From an uncultured Gemmatimonadaceae bacterium (lineage in GTDB: Bacteria; Gemmatimonadota; Gemmatimonadetes; Gemmatimonadales; Gemmatimonadaceae): a stretch of DNA of 64,000 bases. Shown one piece after another: positions 1 through 9,902 of the stretch (its first letter is position 1; the number at the start of each line of letters is the position of its first letter). A program made the position numbers and the translations under genes. The notes beneath the pieces were generated by a model. The model ran no database searches. It was not told where the DNA came from and saw only the letters and a list, made by a program, of their open reading frames with translations. The stretch spans positions 160,001 to 224,000 of the forward strand of contig OY970320.1 in NCBI GenBank assembly GCA_963716745.1. Reading direction: 5' to 3'.

Positions 1-62
1 TGGTGTCGGAGCTCGACGGCAAGGATGCCGTGATCCTCGTGCGCGGCGGAGCCGAAGCGTGA
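1..62 (+). CDS. pyrR: 3' end of PyrR (pyrimidine regulatory protein/UPRTase), partial
   Basis: Frame from nt 3 reads [19 protein letters not shown], like the PyrR C-terminus; its TGA overlaps the pyrB GTG; pyrR-pyrB-pyrC order. Confidence 0.7.
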   Translation, partial: VSELDGKDAVILVRGGAEA

Positions 63-1033
63 GCGCCCGCGCGGCGTCGCCGATCGGCAAGGACCTCCTT
101 GGCCTCGAACATCTCACCGCCGCGCAGATCCGCCTCATCCTCGACACCGCCGAACCGTTCAAGGAGATCAGCGAGCGCGCCATCAAGAAGGTGCCCGCGC
201 TGCGCGGCCAGACGATCGTCAATCTCTTCTTCGAGGCGAGTACGCGCACGCGGATCAGCTTCGAGTTCGCGGAGAAGCGCCTCTCCGCCGACACGGTGAA
301 CGTCGCTTCCTCGGGCTCCAGCGTCTCCAAGGGCGAGACGCTCGTGGACACGGCGCGGAACCTCGAAGCGATGCGCATCGACATGGTGGTGATCCGCCAC
401 TTCGCGAGCGGCGCAGCGCGGTTCCTCGCCGAGCGCATTGAGAGCAACGTGATCAACGCCGGCGACGGCACGCACGAGCATCCCACGCAGGGACTGCTCG
501 ATCTGCTCACGCTGCGCGACCGGTTCAAGAGCTTCGAGGGACTGCGCGTCTGCATCTGCGGCGACGTGCTCCATTCGCGCGTCGCGCGCTCGAACATCTG
601 GGGGCTCAAGAAGCTCGGCGCCGACGTCGCGGTGTGCGGTCCCAAGTCGCTCATGCCGAGTGCGATCGGCGAGTTCGGCGTGACCGTGTTCCGCCGCATC
701 GAAGAGGCGATCGAGTGGGCGCAGGCGCTGAACATCCTGCGGCTGCAGCTCGAGCGGATGACCGCCGGCTATATCCCGTCGCTGCGCGAGTACAATCGCG
801 TGTTCGGTGTGACGCGTGAGCGCCTGGATCGCGCGCCGCGCGATCTCGTGATCATGCACCCCGGCCCGATGAACCGCGGCGTGGAGATCGACAGCGATGT
901 CGCCGACGGCCCGCATTCGGTGATCCTCGACCAGGTGACGAACGGCGTGGCGGTCCGCATGGCGGTGCTCTATCTGCTCGCCGGCGGCAAGCCGGAACTC
1001 GCCGAAGCCGCGAAGGGCGGAGGCGAACGATGA
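59..1033 (+). CDS. pyrB: Aspartate carbamoyltransferase catalytic subunit
   Basis: [37 protein letters not shown] motifs. Confidence 0.97.
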   Translation: MSARAASPIGKDLLGLEHLTAAQIRLILDTAEPFKEISERAIKKVPALRGQTIVNLFFEASTRTRISFEFAEKRLSADTVNVASSGSSVSKGETLVDTARNLEAMRIDMVVIRHFASGAARFLAERIESNVINAGDGTHEHPTQGLLDLLTLRDRFKSFEGLRVCICGDVLHSRVARSNIWGLKKLGADVAVCGPKSLMPSAIGEFGVTVFRRIEEAIEWAQALNILRLQLERMTAGYIPSLREYNRVFGVTRERLDRAPRDLVIMHPGPMNRGVEIDSDVADGPHSVILDQVTNGVAVRMAVLYLLAGGKPELAEAAKGGGER

Positions 1034-2319
1034 ATCCCATCCTGCTGCTCAAGGGCGGCCGCCTCCTCGATCCCGCGCAGAACATCGACGCGCCCGGCGA
1101 TGTGCTGATCATCGACGGCAAGATCGCGCGTGCCGGCGGAACGATCGAGGGTGGCGACGATGCGCAGGTGATCGACTGCACCGGCTCGTACGTCACGCCC
1201 GGGTTCGTGGACGTGCATTGTCATCTGCGCGAGCCCGGACGCGAGGACGTGGAGACGATCGCGACCGGCGCGCGCGCCGCGGCGGCCGGCGGGTTCACCG
1301 CGATCTGCGCGATGCCCAACACGGATCCCGTCACGGACAACCAGGCGGCGGTGGGATTCATCATTCGCCAGGCGATGCGCGCGGGCGCGGCGCGCGTGTA
1401 TCCGATCGGCGCGATCTCGGTGGGGCAGAGAGGCGAAGCGCTCGCCGAGTTCGGCGAGATGGTGGGCGCCGGCGCGATCGCGGTGAGCGATGACGGCAAG
1501 CCCGTGGTGAGCGCGCAACTGATGCGCACCGCGCTCGAGTACGCGCAGACGTTCAACATTCCGGTGATCGACCACTGTGAGGAGCCGACGCTCGCGCACG
1601 GCGGCTCGATGAACGAAGGCTATCTCAGCGCGCGCCTCGGACTCCGCGGGATCCCGGCGGAAGCCGAGGAGATCATGGTGATCCGCGACATTCTGCTCGC
1701 GCGGCGCACCGGCGGGCATGTGCACCTCGCGCACATGAGCACCAAGGGGAGCGTCGAGCTGATCCGGTGGGGCAAGGAGCGTGGCGTGCGCGTGACCGCG
1801 GAGGTCACGCCGCATCACCTCACGCTCACCGAGGACGCCGTGAGCGAGTACGACACCGCCGCGAAGATGAATCCGCCGCTGCGCACGATGGCGGACGTCG
1901 AGGCGCTGCGCGAGGCGCTCCGCGACGGGACGATCGATCTCATCGCGACCGATCACGCGCCGCACCACTATGACGCCAAGGAACGCGAGTTCGCCGATGC
2001 GCCATTCGGCATCGTGGGGCTCGAGACGGCGCTCGCGCTGGTGGTCACGGAGCTGGTGGAGCCCGGGATCATCGACTTCGCGACGCTCGTCGACCGGATG
2101 TCCACGCGGCCCGCGCGGCTGTTCGGGCTCCCGGGCGGCACGTTGCGCGCGGGTTCGGTGGCCGACGTGACGGTGTTCGATCCGAAGCGCGAGTGGACGG
2201 TCGAGCCGGGCGCATTCCTCTCGAAGGGGCGCAACACTCCGTACGCCGGCCGCCGCCTGCGCGGCCGCACGATCGCGACCGTAGTCGCCGGGCGTCTGGT
2301 CTTCCGGATCGACGCGTAG
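1030..2319 (+). CDS. pyrC: Dihydroorotase (type I)
   Basis: [30 protein letters not shown] motifs; follows pyrB. Confidence 0.95.
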   Translation: MNPILLLKGGRLLDPAQNIDAPGDVLIIDGKIARAGGTIEGGDDAQVIDCTGSYVTPGFVDVHCHLREPGREDVETIATGARAAAAGGFTAICAMPNTDPVTDNQAAVGFIIRQAMRAGAARVYPIGAISVGQRGEALAEFGEMVGAGAIAVSDDGKPVVSAQLMRTALEYAQTFNIPVIDHCEEPTLAHGGSMNEGYLSARLGLRGIPAEAEEIMVIRDILLARRTGGHVHLAHMSTKGSVELIRWGKERGVRVTAEVTPHHLTLTEDAVSEYDTAAKMNPPLRTMADVEALREALRDGTIDLIATDHAPHHYDAKEREFADAPFGIVGLETALALVVTELVEPGIIDFATLVDRMSTRPARLFGLPGGTLRAGSVADVTVFDPKREWTVEPGAFLSKGRNTPYAGRRLRGRTIATVVAGRLVFRIDA

Positions 2320-2448
2320 ATAGCTACGGAACTCCAAGGCACGCCGTATGTTACCGTTCGCAAGGGCGGAGTGTCTTAGTTAGGATATATTCATTGAAGC
2401 CGGACGTGGCTTCGGTGCGGTGCATGAGGCGCGGTGGATGGAGATGGC

Positions 2449-3666
2449 ATGACGGAATCGCCCCAACAGTCGGCACAAGCGGTCGCGGCGCTCTTCGCCG
2501 AGCGCCGGCGTTTCGAGTCGTGGCTCGCCACGCTCGACGCGAAGCGCGCCATCACGCCGGCGCACATCTATACCCGCGTGCACGCCGACTACACCGCGCG
2601 TCTCCAGCGCGTGAACGAACAGCTCGGCCGCCACCGCGCCGCGCTGCGCGATATGGAATCCGGTCTCGCCGACCGCCTCACGTCGCTCGACATCGACGAA
2701 GCCAAGCATCGCGATGAGATGGCAGAGGCGGAGCTTCGCGAGAACGTGGGCGAGCTCGAGCCGGCGGAGCACCGCGAGATCCTCGAGCGCACCGCGCTCG
2801 GACTCGAGCAGGTGACCGCCGAGCGGCTCCACGTGACGGCGGAGCTCACGAACCTGCGCGCGATGCTCGGCGACGATGGCGAGATCGGGGTGCTCGAGAT
2901 CGGTGCCGCGGACGTGACTGTGACGGAGACCCCGCCGGCGATGGCCGCGATCCCTCCGGCGAAGCGAACGTCCAAGGGCACCGTCGCGCCAGCCGCACCG
3001 GTGGCACCTGCGGCCGCCGTGCCCGCCGAGCGCGATGCGTGGGGCCTCGAAGCGGGCGATCCGCTCGCGGTGACGGCGCGTGCATCATCGCCCGAGCCGG
3101 CGGCGCCCGCGAGTCCATTCGACGATCTCGAATTCCTGCGCTCGATGGTGGATTCCCGGAAGAGCGGGGATCACAGCGCGGTAGGCAATGGCGCGAGCGC
3201 CGCGCCGGCGAAGGCGGCGACGCCTCCGGTTCCGACGGCGCCCACTCCAGCGCCCGCGGCGCCTCCGGCCGTGCCTGAGGAAGTGAAGCGTCCTGCGGCG
3301 CAGAAGGTGGAGGAGAAGCCCAAGGAGCCGGAGAAAGAGAAGGCTGCGCCAACTCCGCCCGCGCCCGCCGCGATCGTGACGGCGCCGCTGATCGAGACCG
3401 TCGCGACGGCGCCTCCGATGCGCGAGTCGGTCGCCGCGTTCGCTGCCGCGGAAGCGTCGGCCAAGTCGAAGATCATCGACCCGTCGATCTCTATGGAGCT
3501 CGAACCCGTCTCGAAGCCGCGCGCTTCATCCGACGCGATCCCATCGTACCTGCGCGACGTGCCGCCCGAGCAAGTGAAGACGCTCAAGTGCCAGGAGTGC
3601 GGCACGCTCAACTATCCCACCGAGTGGTATTGCGAGCGGTGTGGGGCGGAACTCGCGGCGTTGTAG
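2449..3666 (+). CDS. Hypothetical protein: N-terminal coiled coil, Pro/Ala-rich linker, C-terminal zinc ribbon
   Basis: GGAG RBS before ATG 2449; helical N-terminus; C-terminal CQECGTLNYPTEWYCERCG. Confidence 0.8.
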   Translation: MTESPQQSAQAVAALFAERRRFESWLATLDAKRAITPAHIYTRVHADYTARLQRVNEQLGRHRAALRDMESGLADRLTSLDIDEAKHRDEMAEAELRENVGELEPAEHREILERTALGLEQVTAERLHVTAELTNLRAMLGDDGEIGVLEIGAADVTVTETPPAMAAIPPAKRTSKGTVAPAAPVAPAAAVPAERDAWGLEAGDPLAVTARASSPEPAAPASPFDDLEFLRSMVDSRKSGDHSAVGNGASAAPAKAATPPVPTAPTPAPAAPPAVPEEVKRPAAQKVEEKPKEPEKEKAAPTPPAPAAIVTAPLIETVATAPPMRESVAAFAAAEASAKSKIIDPSISMELEPVSKPRASSDAIPSYLRDVPPEQVKTLKCQECGTLNYPTEWYCERCGAELAAL

Positions 3667-3668
3667 GA

Positions 3669-3777
3669 GTTCATCGGGCATCGTACATCGGGCATCGCAG
3701 ATGCGGAACGGCCCGGATCGCGAGCGATCCGGGCCGTCTCACGTTCCTCGAGGCACGAGGCACGATGAACGATGAAC
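3669..3777. repeat. Inverted pair of degenerate heptamer tandem arrays (TCGKGCM-like) flanking the hairpin
   Basis: Left arm GTTCATCGGGCATCGTACATCGGGCATCG matches the reverse complement of the right arm (GTTCATCGTTCATCGTGCCTCGTGCCTCG) at 23/29. Confidence 0.7.
3708..3737. terminator. Hairpin between convergent genes, probable bidirectional terminator
   Basis: Perfect 13-bp stem ACGGCCCGGATCG-cgag-CGATCCGGGCCGT; weak U tails. Confidence 0.7.
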
Positions 3778-4010
3778 TATTTCGCCTTCGCCAGCCGGCT
3801 CTTGCGACGAGCCGCCGCATGACGATGGATCAAGCCTTTGCGGGCGGCGCGGTCGAGCAGCTTCACGGCGGCCAACTTGTCGGCCGGCGTCGCGCCGGTA
3901 GTGCTCGCCTTCTTGACGGCAGTGCGCAGCGCTGCGCGCTGGGCGCGATTACGCACCTCGGCGGCGCGCGACTTGCGCATGTTCTTCTTAGCGGACGCGA
4001 TTCTCGGCAC
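3777..4010 (-). CDS. rpsT: 30S ribosomal protein S20
   Basis: MPRIASAKKNMRKS...LDRAARKGLIHRHAAARRKSRL; GTG start with GGAG RBS. Confidence 0.96.
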   Translation of the reverse strand: MPRIASAKKNMRKSRAAEVRNRAQRAALRTAVKKASTTGATPADKLAAVKLLDRAARKGLIHRHAAARRKSRLAKAK

Positions 4011-4048
4011 GATTCTCCAGAGCGAAATGCAGGTCTGACGGAGCGCGA

Positions 4049-4078
4049 AAGCTACACGGCGCCGAGGCGCGATGTCAA
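4049..4078 (-). promoter_or_regulatory. sigma70-type promoter for rpsT
   Basis: TTGACA-N18-TAGCTT on the minus strand. Confidence 0.6.
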
Positions 4079-4092
4079 GGCGCCGCAGTGCT

Positions 4093-4121
4093 TTGACACG
4101 TGCGATGCACGGCGATACTTT
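4093..4121 (+). promoter_or_regulatory. sigma70-type promoter for the scpA operon
   Basis: TTGACA-N17-TACTTT. Confidence 0.7.
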
Positions 4122-4227
4122 TCTCCTCGAGCCCGCGTCTGCGGCACGCGTTGTACGTGTCCCGAAACCGCCGAGCCCTATTGGATCCCGAGACGCAGAG
4201 CACGACCCGTTCCACGATGGGTGCGGC

Positions 4228-4969
4228 GTGACCGCACCCGGCATCTTCGGCCTCGACGCGCCGCCGTCCTTCGTCGTCGAGCTGGACGAGTTCTCGGGTC
4301 CCCTCGATCTTCTGCTCACGCTCATCCGCGATGAGAAGGTGGAGATCACCGACATCCCCATCGCGCGCGTCTGCGAGCAGTTCTTGAAGCGCATCCATGC
4401 GCTCGGGCTCGGCGAAGCGGCGGAATACCTCGAGATGGCGGCGCGCCTCGTGCGCATCAAGAGTGCAGATGCTGCTGCCGCGCCCCGGCGGCGAGGACGA
4501 TTGGGAGGATCCGCGCGCCGAGCTCGTGCGGCGGCTGCTCGAGTACCAGCAGATCCGCGAGGTGGTGGACCTGCTCGAGCGCCGCGGCGAGGAGCGCCGC
4601 AATCGGTTCGCGCGCGGGTATCTGCCGCTCGATCCCGCGCCCGCCGCCGGCCCGCTCGCGCTCTCGCTCGCCGAGTTGCTCGCCGCGGTGGACCGCGTGC
4701 TGCGGATGGCGCGCGAGCCGGATCTGCACGACGTGATCCCGCGCGTGCTCGACGTGGACGGCGCGATGGCGACGATCGCCGCGCTGCTCGCGCTGCGCGA
4801 GCGATTCCGCTGGTACGATGTAGTCGCGCACGGCGCCGAGCCGTGGCAGGTGTTGTCCGGATTGCTCGCGCTGCTGGAACTCGCGCGTCGCGGAGATCTC
4901 ACGCTCCGCCAGCGCTCACCGTTCGCCTCTGTGGAGATCGCGCGTGTCGCCGCTGGCCAGGCTGCTTGA
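4228..4969 (+). CDS. scpA: Segregation and condensation protein A (apparent frameshift ~4461)
   Basis: [25 protein letters not shown], then [15 protein letters not shown] in another frame; start uncertain. Confidence 0.9.
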
Positions 4970-5496
4970 AGCCGCGTTGTTCGCGAGCGGCCGGCCCGTT
5001 GTCGGCGGAGGAGCTCCTGCTCCTCGACGCCGAGGCATCGCTCGCCGCGATCGCGATGGCGCTCGACGAGATCCGCGAGTGCTACGACACCGGCGGCCAC
5101 GGCGTGGAGTTGCTCGAGGTGGCGGGCGGCTGGCAGGTGCTGACGCGCGCCGAGTACACCGAGACGATCGAGCGCGCGCAGCTCGCGGCGCGGCCGCACC
5201 GCTCTCGGCGGCGGCGCTCGAGACGCTGGCGCTCATCGCGTACCGGCAGCCGCTCGGGCGTCTCGAGATCGAGGAGATCCGCGGCGTCTCGGTGGGCGGC
5301 ATGCTCAAGACGCTGCTCGAGCGCGGCCTGATCGACGTCGTCGCGCGCGGCGAAGGGCTCGGCCGGCCGCTGCTCTACGGCACCACGCCGCTCTTCCTCG
5401 AGCAGTTCGCGCTGCGGCATCTCGGCGAGCTGCCGCGCGCCGACGAGCTGGCGATCGCGCTCCGCACCGAACCGCGCGAGGTGCTGTCAGCCGTGA
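4944..5496 (+). CDS. scpB: SMC-Scp complex subunit ScpB (apparent indels ~4997, ~5200, probably also near the 3' end)
   Basis: [49 protein letters not shown]; end uncertain. Confidence 0.9.
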
Positions 5497-5498
5497 CG

Positions 5499-6239
5499 AT
5501 GCGCATCCAGCGCGCGCTCGCGCGCGCGGGCGTCGCGTCGCGCCGGAAAGCGGAAGAACTCGTAGCCGCGGGACGCGTGCGCGTGAACGGCGCGACGGCG
5601 CTGCTCGGGCAGATCGTCGATCCCGCCGCCGACACGATCATGGTGGACGGCGCGCCGGTGCGGCAGCCGGCGCAAACGCAGTGGATCGTGCTCAACAAGC
5701 CATCCGGCGTGATGACCACGCGCAGCGATCCGTCGGGGCGGCGCACGATCTTCGAGTTCGTGCCCAAGATCCCCGGTCTCACCTACGCGGGGCGGCTCGA
5801 CTACCTCACGGAAGGCGTACTGCTGCTCACGAACGACGGCGAGGCGATCCACGCGCTGCTGCACCCGAGCCGCGAGGTGGAGCGCACCTACGTCGCGACG
5901 GTCACGGGCGACGCGGGCAAGGCGGTGGTGCAGGCGAAGCGCGGCGTGATGCTCGACGACGGCGTGGCGCGCGTGAACGACGCGCGCGCCGAGGCGCTCG
6001 GCGGCGGCCGCTGGGAGTTCACCGTGTCCATCACCGAGGGACGCAACCGCGAGGTGCGGCGGCTGTGCAAAGCGCTCGGGCTGTTCGTGGAGCGACTGGT
6101 GCGCGTGCGCTTCGGTCCGGTGACGCTGGGCTCGCTCAAGCCGGGCGAGTGCCGCGCGCTCACCGCGAAGGAACTGGATATCCTCACGGCGCTGGCGCGC
6201 GCGCCGAAACGTGAACGGGAGAAGCATGGAACTGCGTGA
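5499..6239 (+). CDS. rluB: RluB/RsuA-family rRNA pseudouridine synthase with S4 domain
   Basis: [40 protein letters not shown]. Confidence 0.9.
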   Translation: MRIQRALARAGVASRRKAEELVAAGRVRVNGATALLGQIVDPAADTIMVDGAPVRQPAQTQWIVLNKPSGVMTTRSDPSGRRTIFEFVPKIPGLTYAGRLDYLTEGVLLLTNDGEAIHALLHPSREVERTYVATVTGDAGKAVVQAKRGVMLDDGVARVNDARAEALGGGRWEFTVSITEGRNREVRRLCKALGLFVERLVRVRFGPVTLGSLKPGECRALTAKELDILTALARAPKREREKHGTA

Positions 6240-7857
6240 CTCGACAGCGCTGATCCTCGGCGGCAGCGGACTGGTGGGACTCGCCGTCGCGCGCCGCCTG
6301 CTCGATTTCGCTCCGAAGCGGATCATCCTCGCGGGACTCCAGCAGCACGAGGCGGATGCCGCGGTGCGCGCGCTCGAGCCGTACGCGCGCGACACGACGC
6401 TCACGCCGCTCTGGGGGAACATCTTCCACACCGTGTCGCTCGCCGAGCGCGCGCGCGAGGACGTGCTGGCCGACGCGGCCGCGCGCCGCGAGCTGGTGGA
6501 CGACATGCTCGGCCAGCCCACGGCCGCTTCGCTCGGCCGCAACGTGCTCCACGACTGGCTCACGACGCATCGTCCCGATCTCGTGATCGATTGCGTGAAC
6601 ACCGCGACCGCCGTCGCGTACCAGGACGGGTTCGCGAGCGCGCAGCGGCTGCTCTCGGCGGCGGACGCGGGCCACGTGGACCGCGAGACCGTCGAGCGGC
6701 ATCTGCTCACGCTCTCGGTGCCGCAGCTCGTGCGCCATCACGAGGCGCTCTCCGACGGCATGCGCCGCGCCGGCACGCAGGCGTACGTGAAGATCGGCAC
6801 CAGCGGCACCGGCGGCATGGGATTGAACATCCCGTACACGCACAGCGAGGAGAAGCCGTCGCGCACGCTGGTCGCGAAGACGGCGGTCGCGGGCGCGCAG
6901 AGCATGATCCTCTTCCTGCAGGGGCGCACGCCGGGCGCGCCGAGCACCGTGGAGATCAAGCCGACGGCGGCGATCGGGTGGAGCGACATCACGTTCGGTC
7001 CCGTGAAGCGCGGCGGCCGCACGCTGGAGCTGGTGGATTGCGAGCGGCCGATGCGCGTGGAGGATGCGTTCACGCCGGGCGCGGGCGGCTGGACGCGCAG
7101 CGGGCAGCCGCTCGAGAGCGCGTTCATCTCGATGGGCGAGAACGGCCTTTTCGCGCGCGATGAATTCGAGACCGTCACCTCGCTGGGGCAGATGGAGATC
7201 GTCACGGCGGAAGAGCTCGCCGACGCGGTGATCATGGAGCTGCGCGGCGCGCCGACGGGCAAGGACGTGATCGCCGCGCTCGACAGCGCGACGTTCGGGC
7301 CGACGTACCGGGGCGGGTACCTGCGCTCGCTGGCGGTGCAGGCGCTCGACGCGCTCGAGCGCGAGCACGGCGTGCGATCCATCGGCTTCGAGATGCTCGG
7401 GCCGCCGCGCCTCACGAAGCTGCTCTACGAGGCGCACATCCTGTCGAAGCTCTTCGCCACGGTGAAGGAACTCGCCGCCGCCGATCCGGCGAGCGCCGCG
7501 GCGCGCGCGGAGCGGCTCGTGCGCGAGCAGGATCCCGCGCTCCGGAAGCTCATCCTCTCGGTGGGGATCCCGATCCTCCTGAGCGACGGCCTGTCGGTGC
7601 TGCGTGGCGAGGTGGTGGTGGTGCCGCCCGCCGGCAAGGGCGCGGAGATCGCGCCGCGCGGGTGGGTGGACCTGCGCCCCTCGAACATGGCGCAGTGGGT
7701 GAAGCGCGCCGCGACGATCTCGGCGGAGCCGCGGCCGGTCGGCACGGGCTCGGCGGCGGCCACCAACTGGATCGGCGCCGATGCGCCCATCGTCCCGTCG
7801 CGGATGGCCGTATGGATATTCGAGCACGAGGACGGCGGCTACCGCATCAAGCGCTGA
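6226..7857 (+). CDS. Uncharacterised NAD(P)-binding Rossmann-fold (atypical SDR-like) protein
   Basis: N-terminal [10 protein letters not shown] dinucleotide motif, [11 protein letters not shown]; ~543 aa. Confidence 0.7.
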   Translation: MELRDSTALILGGSGLVGLAVARRLLDFAPKRIILAGLQQHEADAAVRALEPYARDTTLTPLWGNIFHTVSLAERAREDVLADAAARRELVDDMLGQPTAASLGRNVLHDWLTTHRPDLVIDCVNTATAVAYQDGFASAQRLLSAADAGHVDRETVERHLLTLSVPQLVRHHEALSDGMRRAGTQAYVKIGTSGTGGMGLNIPYTHSEEKPSRTLVAKTAVAGAQSMILFLQGRTPGAPSTVEIKPTAAIGWSDITFGPVKRGGRTLELVDCERPMRVEDAFTPGAGGWTRSGQPLESAFISMGENGLFARDEFETVTSLGQMEIVTAEELADAVIMELRGAPTGKDVIAALDSATFGPTYRGGYLRSLAVQALDALEREHGVRSIGFEMLGPPRLTKLLYEAHILSKLFATVKELAAADPASAAARAERLVREQDPALRKLILSVGIPILLSDGLSVLRGEVVVVPPAGKGAEIAPRGWVDLRPSNMAQWVKRAATISAEPRPVGTGSAAATNWIGADAPIVPSRMAVWIFEHEDGGYRIKR

Positions 7858-7923
7858 GCCACTCCCTGGGGCGCGCGACGCCCCGCATCATTCACGTATC
7901 CCCGAGCATTCCGGAGCGAACGC

Positions 7924-8901
7924 GTGGCGACACGGACGAGCACACCCACGGTGGACACGGCGCTGGTGCAGTCGATCCTCGAGCAGGTGGCGAAGCGTGT
8001 CGTCGGCCAGGATTACATGGTCGAGCGGCTGCTCGTCGGCCTGCTCGCCGGCGGCCACGTGCTGCTCGAAGGCGTGCCGGGCCTCGCGAAGACGCTCACG
8101 GTGAAGACGCTCGCCGAAGCGATCCAGACGAGCTTCCATCGGATCCAGTTCACGCCCGACCTGCTGCCGGCCGACGTGCTCGGCACGCAGGTGTTCGATC
8201 CGGCCACCGCGCAGTTCCGTGTGAAGAAGGGGCCGATCTTCGCGAACATCATCCTCGCCGACGAGATCAACCGCGCGCCCGCGAAGGTGCAGGCCGCGCT
8301 GCTCGAGGCGATGCAGGAGAAGCAGGTGACGCTCGGCGGCACGACGTATCCGCTCACCGAGCCCTTCCTCGTGCTCGCGACGCAGAATCCGATCGAGCAG
8401 GAAGGGACGTACACGCTGCCCGAGGCGCAGGTGGACCGGTTCATGCTCAAGCTGCGCGTGGGCTATCCCACGCGCGTCGAGGAGAAGGAGATCATGCGCC
8501 GGATGGCCGGCGGCGCGCCGATCGCGGTGGACGCGGTCGCCTCGCCGACGGCGATCCTCGAGGCGCGGCGCCGCATCAGCGAGATCTACCTCGACGATCG
8601 CGTCGTGGACTACATCGTGGACATCGTGCATGCGACGCGCGAGCCCGAGGCGGCGGGGATCAAGAATCTCGCGCCGCTCATCGAGTACGGCGCGAGTCCG
8701 CGCGCCACGATCTTCCTCGCGCAGGGCGCGCGGGCGCTCGCCTTCCTGCGCGGCCGCAATTTCGTGACGCCCGACGACGTGAAGTCCATCGCCCCCGACG
8801 TGCTCCGCCACCGCGTGCTCACCACGTACGAAGCGGAGGCGGAGGAGGTGACGAGCGACGACGTCGTGGCGCGCGTCCTCGCGGCGGTCGAGAGCCCCTG
8901 A
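7924..8901 (+). CDS. moxR: MoxR-family AAA+ ATPase
   Basis: LLEGVPGLAKT, RIQFTPDLLPAD, ADEINRAPAKVQAALLEAM, ATQNPIEQEGTY. Confidence 0.95.
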   Translation: MATRTSTPTVDTALVQSILEQVAKRVVGQDYMVERLLVGLLAGGHVLLEGVPGLAKTLTVKTLAEAIQTSFHRIQFTPDLLPADVLGTQVFDPATAQFRVKKGPIFANIILADEINRAPAKVQAALLEAMQEKQVTLGGTTYPLTEPFLVLATQNPIEQEGTYTLPEAQVDRFMLKLRVGYPTRVEEKEIMRRMAGGAPIAVDAVASPTAILEARRRISEIYLDDRVVDYIVDIVHATREPEAAGIKNLAPLIEYGASPRATIFLAQGARALAFLRGRNFVTPDDVKSIAPDVLRHRVLTTYEAEAEEVTSDDVVARVLAAVESP

Positions 8902-9902
8902 TGGCGGAGCCGGTGACCGGCCCGCGGCCGCTCGCGAAGCGGGCGACCGGTCATCACCCGGCGGTCACCACCGGGGCGGTGCGCGCGCACGCGGCGACAC
9001 GCGACCGCCGCACGGTAGTCGTCCCCGCCGACGTGCTGCGCCAGGTGCGCCTCGTGGAACTGCGCACCCGCGGGCTCGTGAACGCGCTCTTCACGGGCGA
9101 GTACCACTCGGTGTTCAAGGGGCAGGGGATGGAGTTCGCCGAGGTGCGCGAGTACGTCGACGGCGACGAAGTGCGCACGATCGACTGGAACGTCACGGCG
9201 CGCATGGGGCACCCGTTCGTGAAGCGCTTCGTGGAGGAGCGCGAGCTCACCGTCATGCTCGCGGTGGACCACTCGGGCTCGGAGCGCTTCGGCACGGCGC
9301 AGCGATTCAAGAGCGAACTCGCCACCGAGATCGGCGCGGTGCTCGCGATGTCCGCCATCCGCAACAACGATCGCGTGGGCGCGCTGCTCTTCACGGATCG
9401 CGTGGAGCACGTCGTGCCGCCGGGCAAAGGGCGACGCCACGTGCTGCGGCTCATCCGCGATGTGCTCGTGCACGAGCCGGAGGGGAGAGGCACCGACATC
9501 CCCGCCGCGATCGACTACCTCGCGAAGATGCTCCCGAACCGCGCGATCATCTTCCTCATCTCGGATTTCGTCGCCACGGGATTGGAGCGCCCGCTCAAGA
9601 TCCTCGCGCAGCGCCACGACGTCGTGGCGGTGACGATCACCGATCCGCGCGAGCGCGAGCTGCCCGACATCGGTCTCGCGCGCTTCACCGATCCCGAGAC
9701 TGGCGCGGTGGTGGACGTGAACACCTCCGATCCCGCGCTGCGCCGGAAATATGCCGAGCAGATGAAGGCGGAGGTCGAGGGGCGCACGCAGTTGCTGCGG
9801 CGCCTGGCGATCGACGAGGTCGCCGTGCGCACCGACGAGCGGTACGTCGATCCGCTGCTCCGGTTCTTCCGGCTCCGCGAGACGCGGCGCCGCCGGCGAT
9901 GA
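8901..9902 (+). CDS. DUF58 (vWA-like) protein
   Basis: GEYHSVFKGQGMEFAEVREYVDGDEVRTIDWNVTAR; follows moxR. Confidence 0.92.
   Translation: MAEPVTGPRPLAKRATGHHPAVTTGAVRAHAATRDRRTVVVPADVLRQVRLVELRTRGLVNALFTGEYHSVFKGQGMEFAEVREYVDGDEVRTIDWNVTARMGHPFVKRFVEERELTVMLAVDHSGSERFGTAQRFKSELATEIGAVLAMSAIRNNDRVGALLFTDRVEHVVPPGKGRRHVLRLIRDVLVHEPEGRGTDIPAAIDYLAKMLPNRAIIFLISDFVATGLERPLKILAQRHDVVAVTITDPRERELPDIGLARFTDPETGAVVDVNTSDPALRRKYAEQMKAEVEGRTQLLRRLAIDEVAVRTDERYVDPLLRFFRLRETRRRRR

Noticed and set aside
4944..6239. Apparent ScpB-RluB fusion
   Set aside because: A TGA at 5494-96 in the +1 frame overlaps a GTG at 5493, the usual GTGA coupling here. One inserted base upstream, the dominant error type, would restore two genes.
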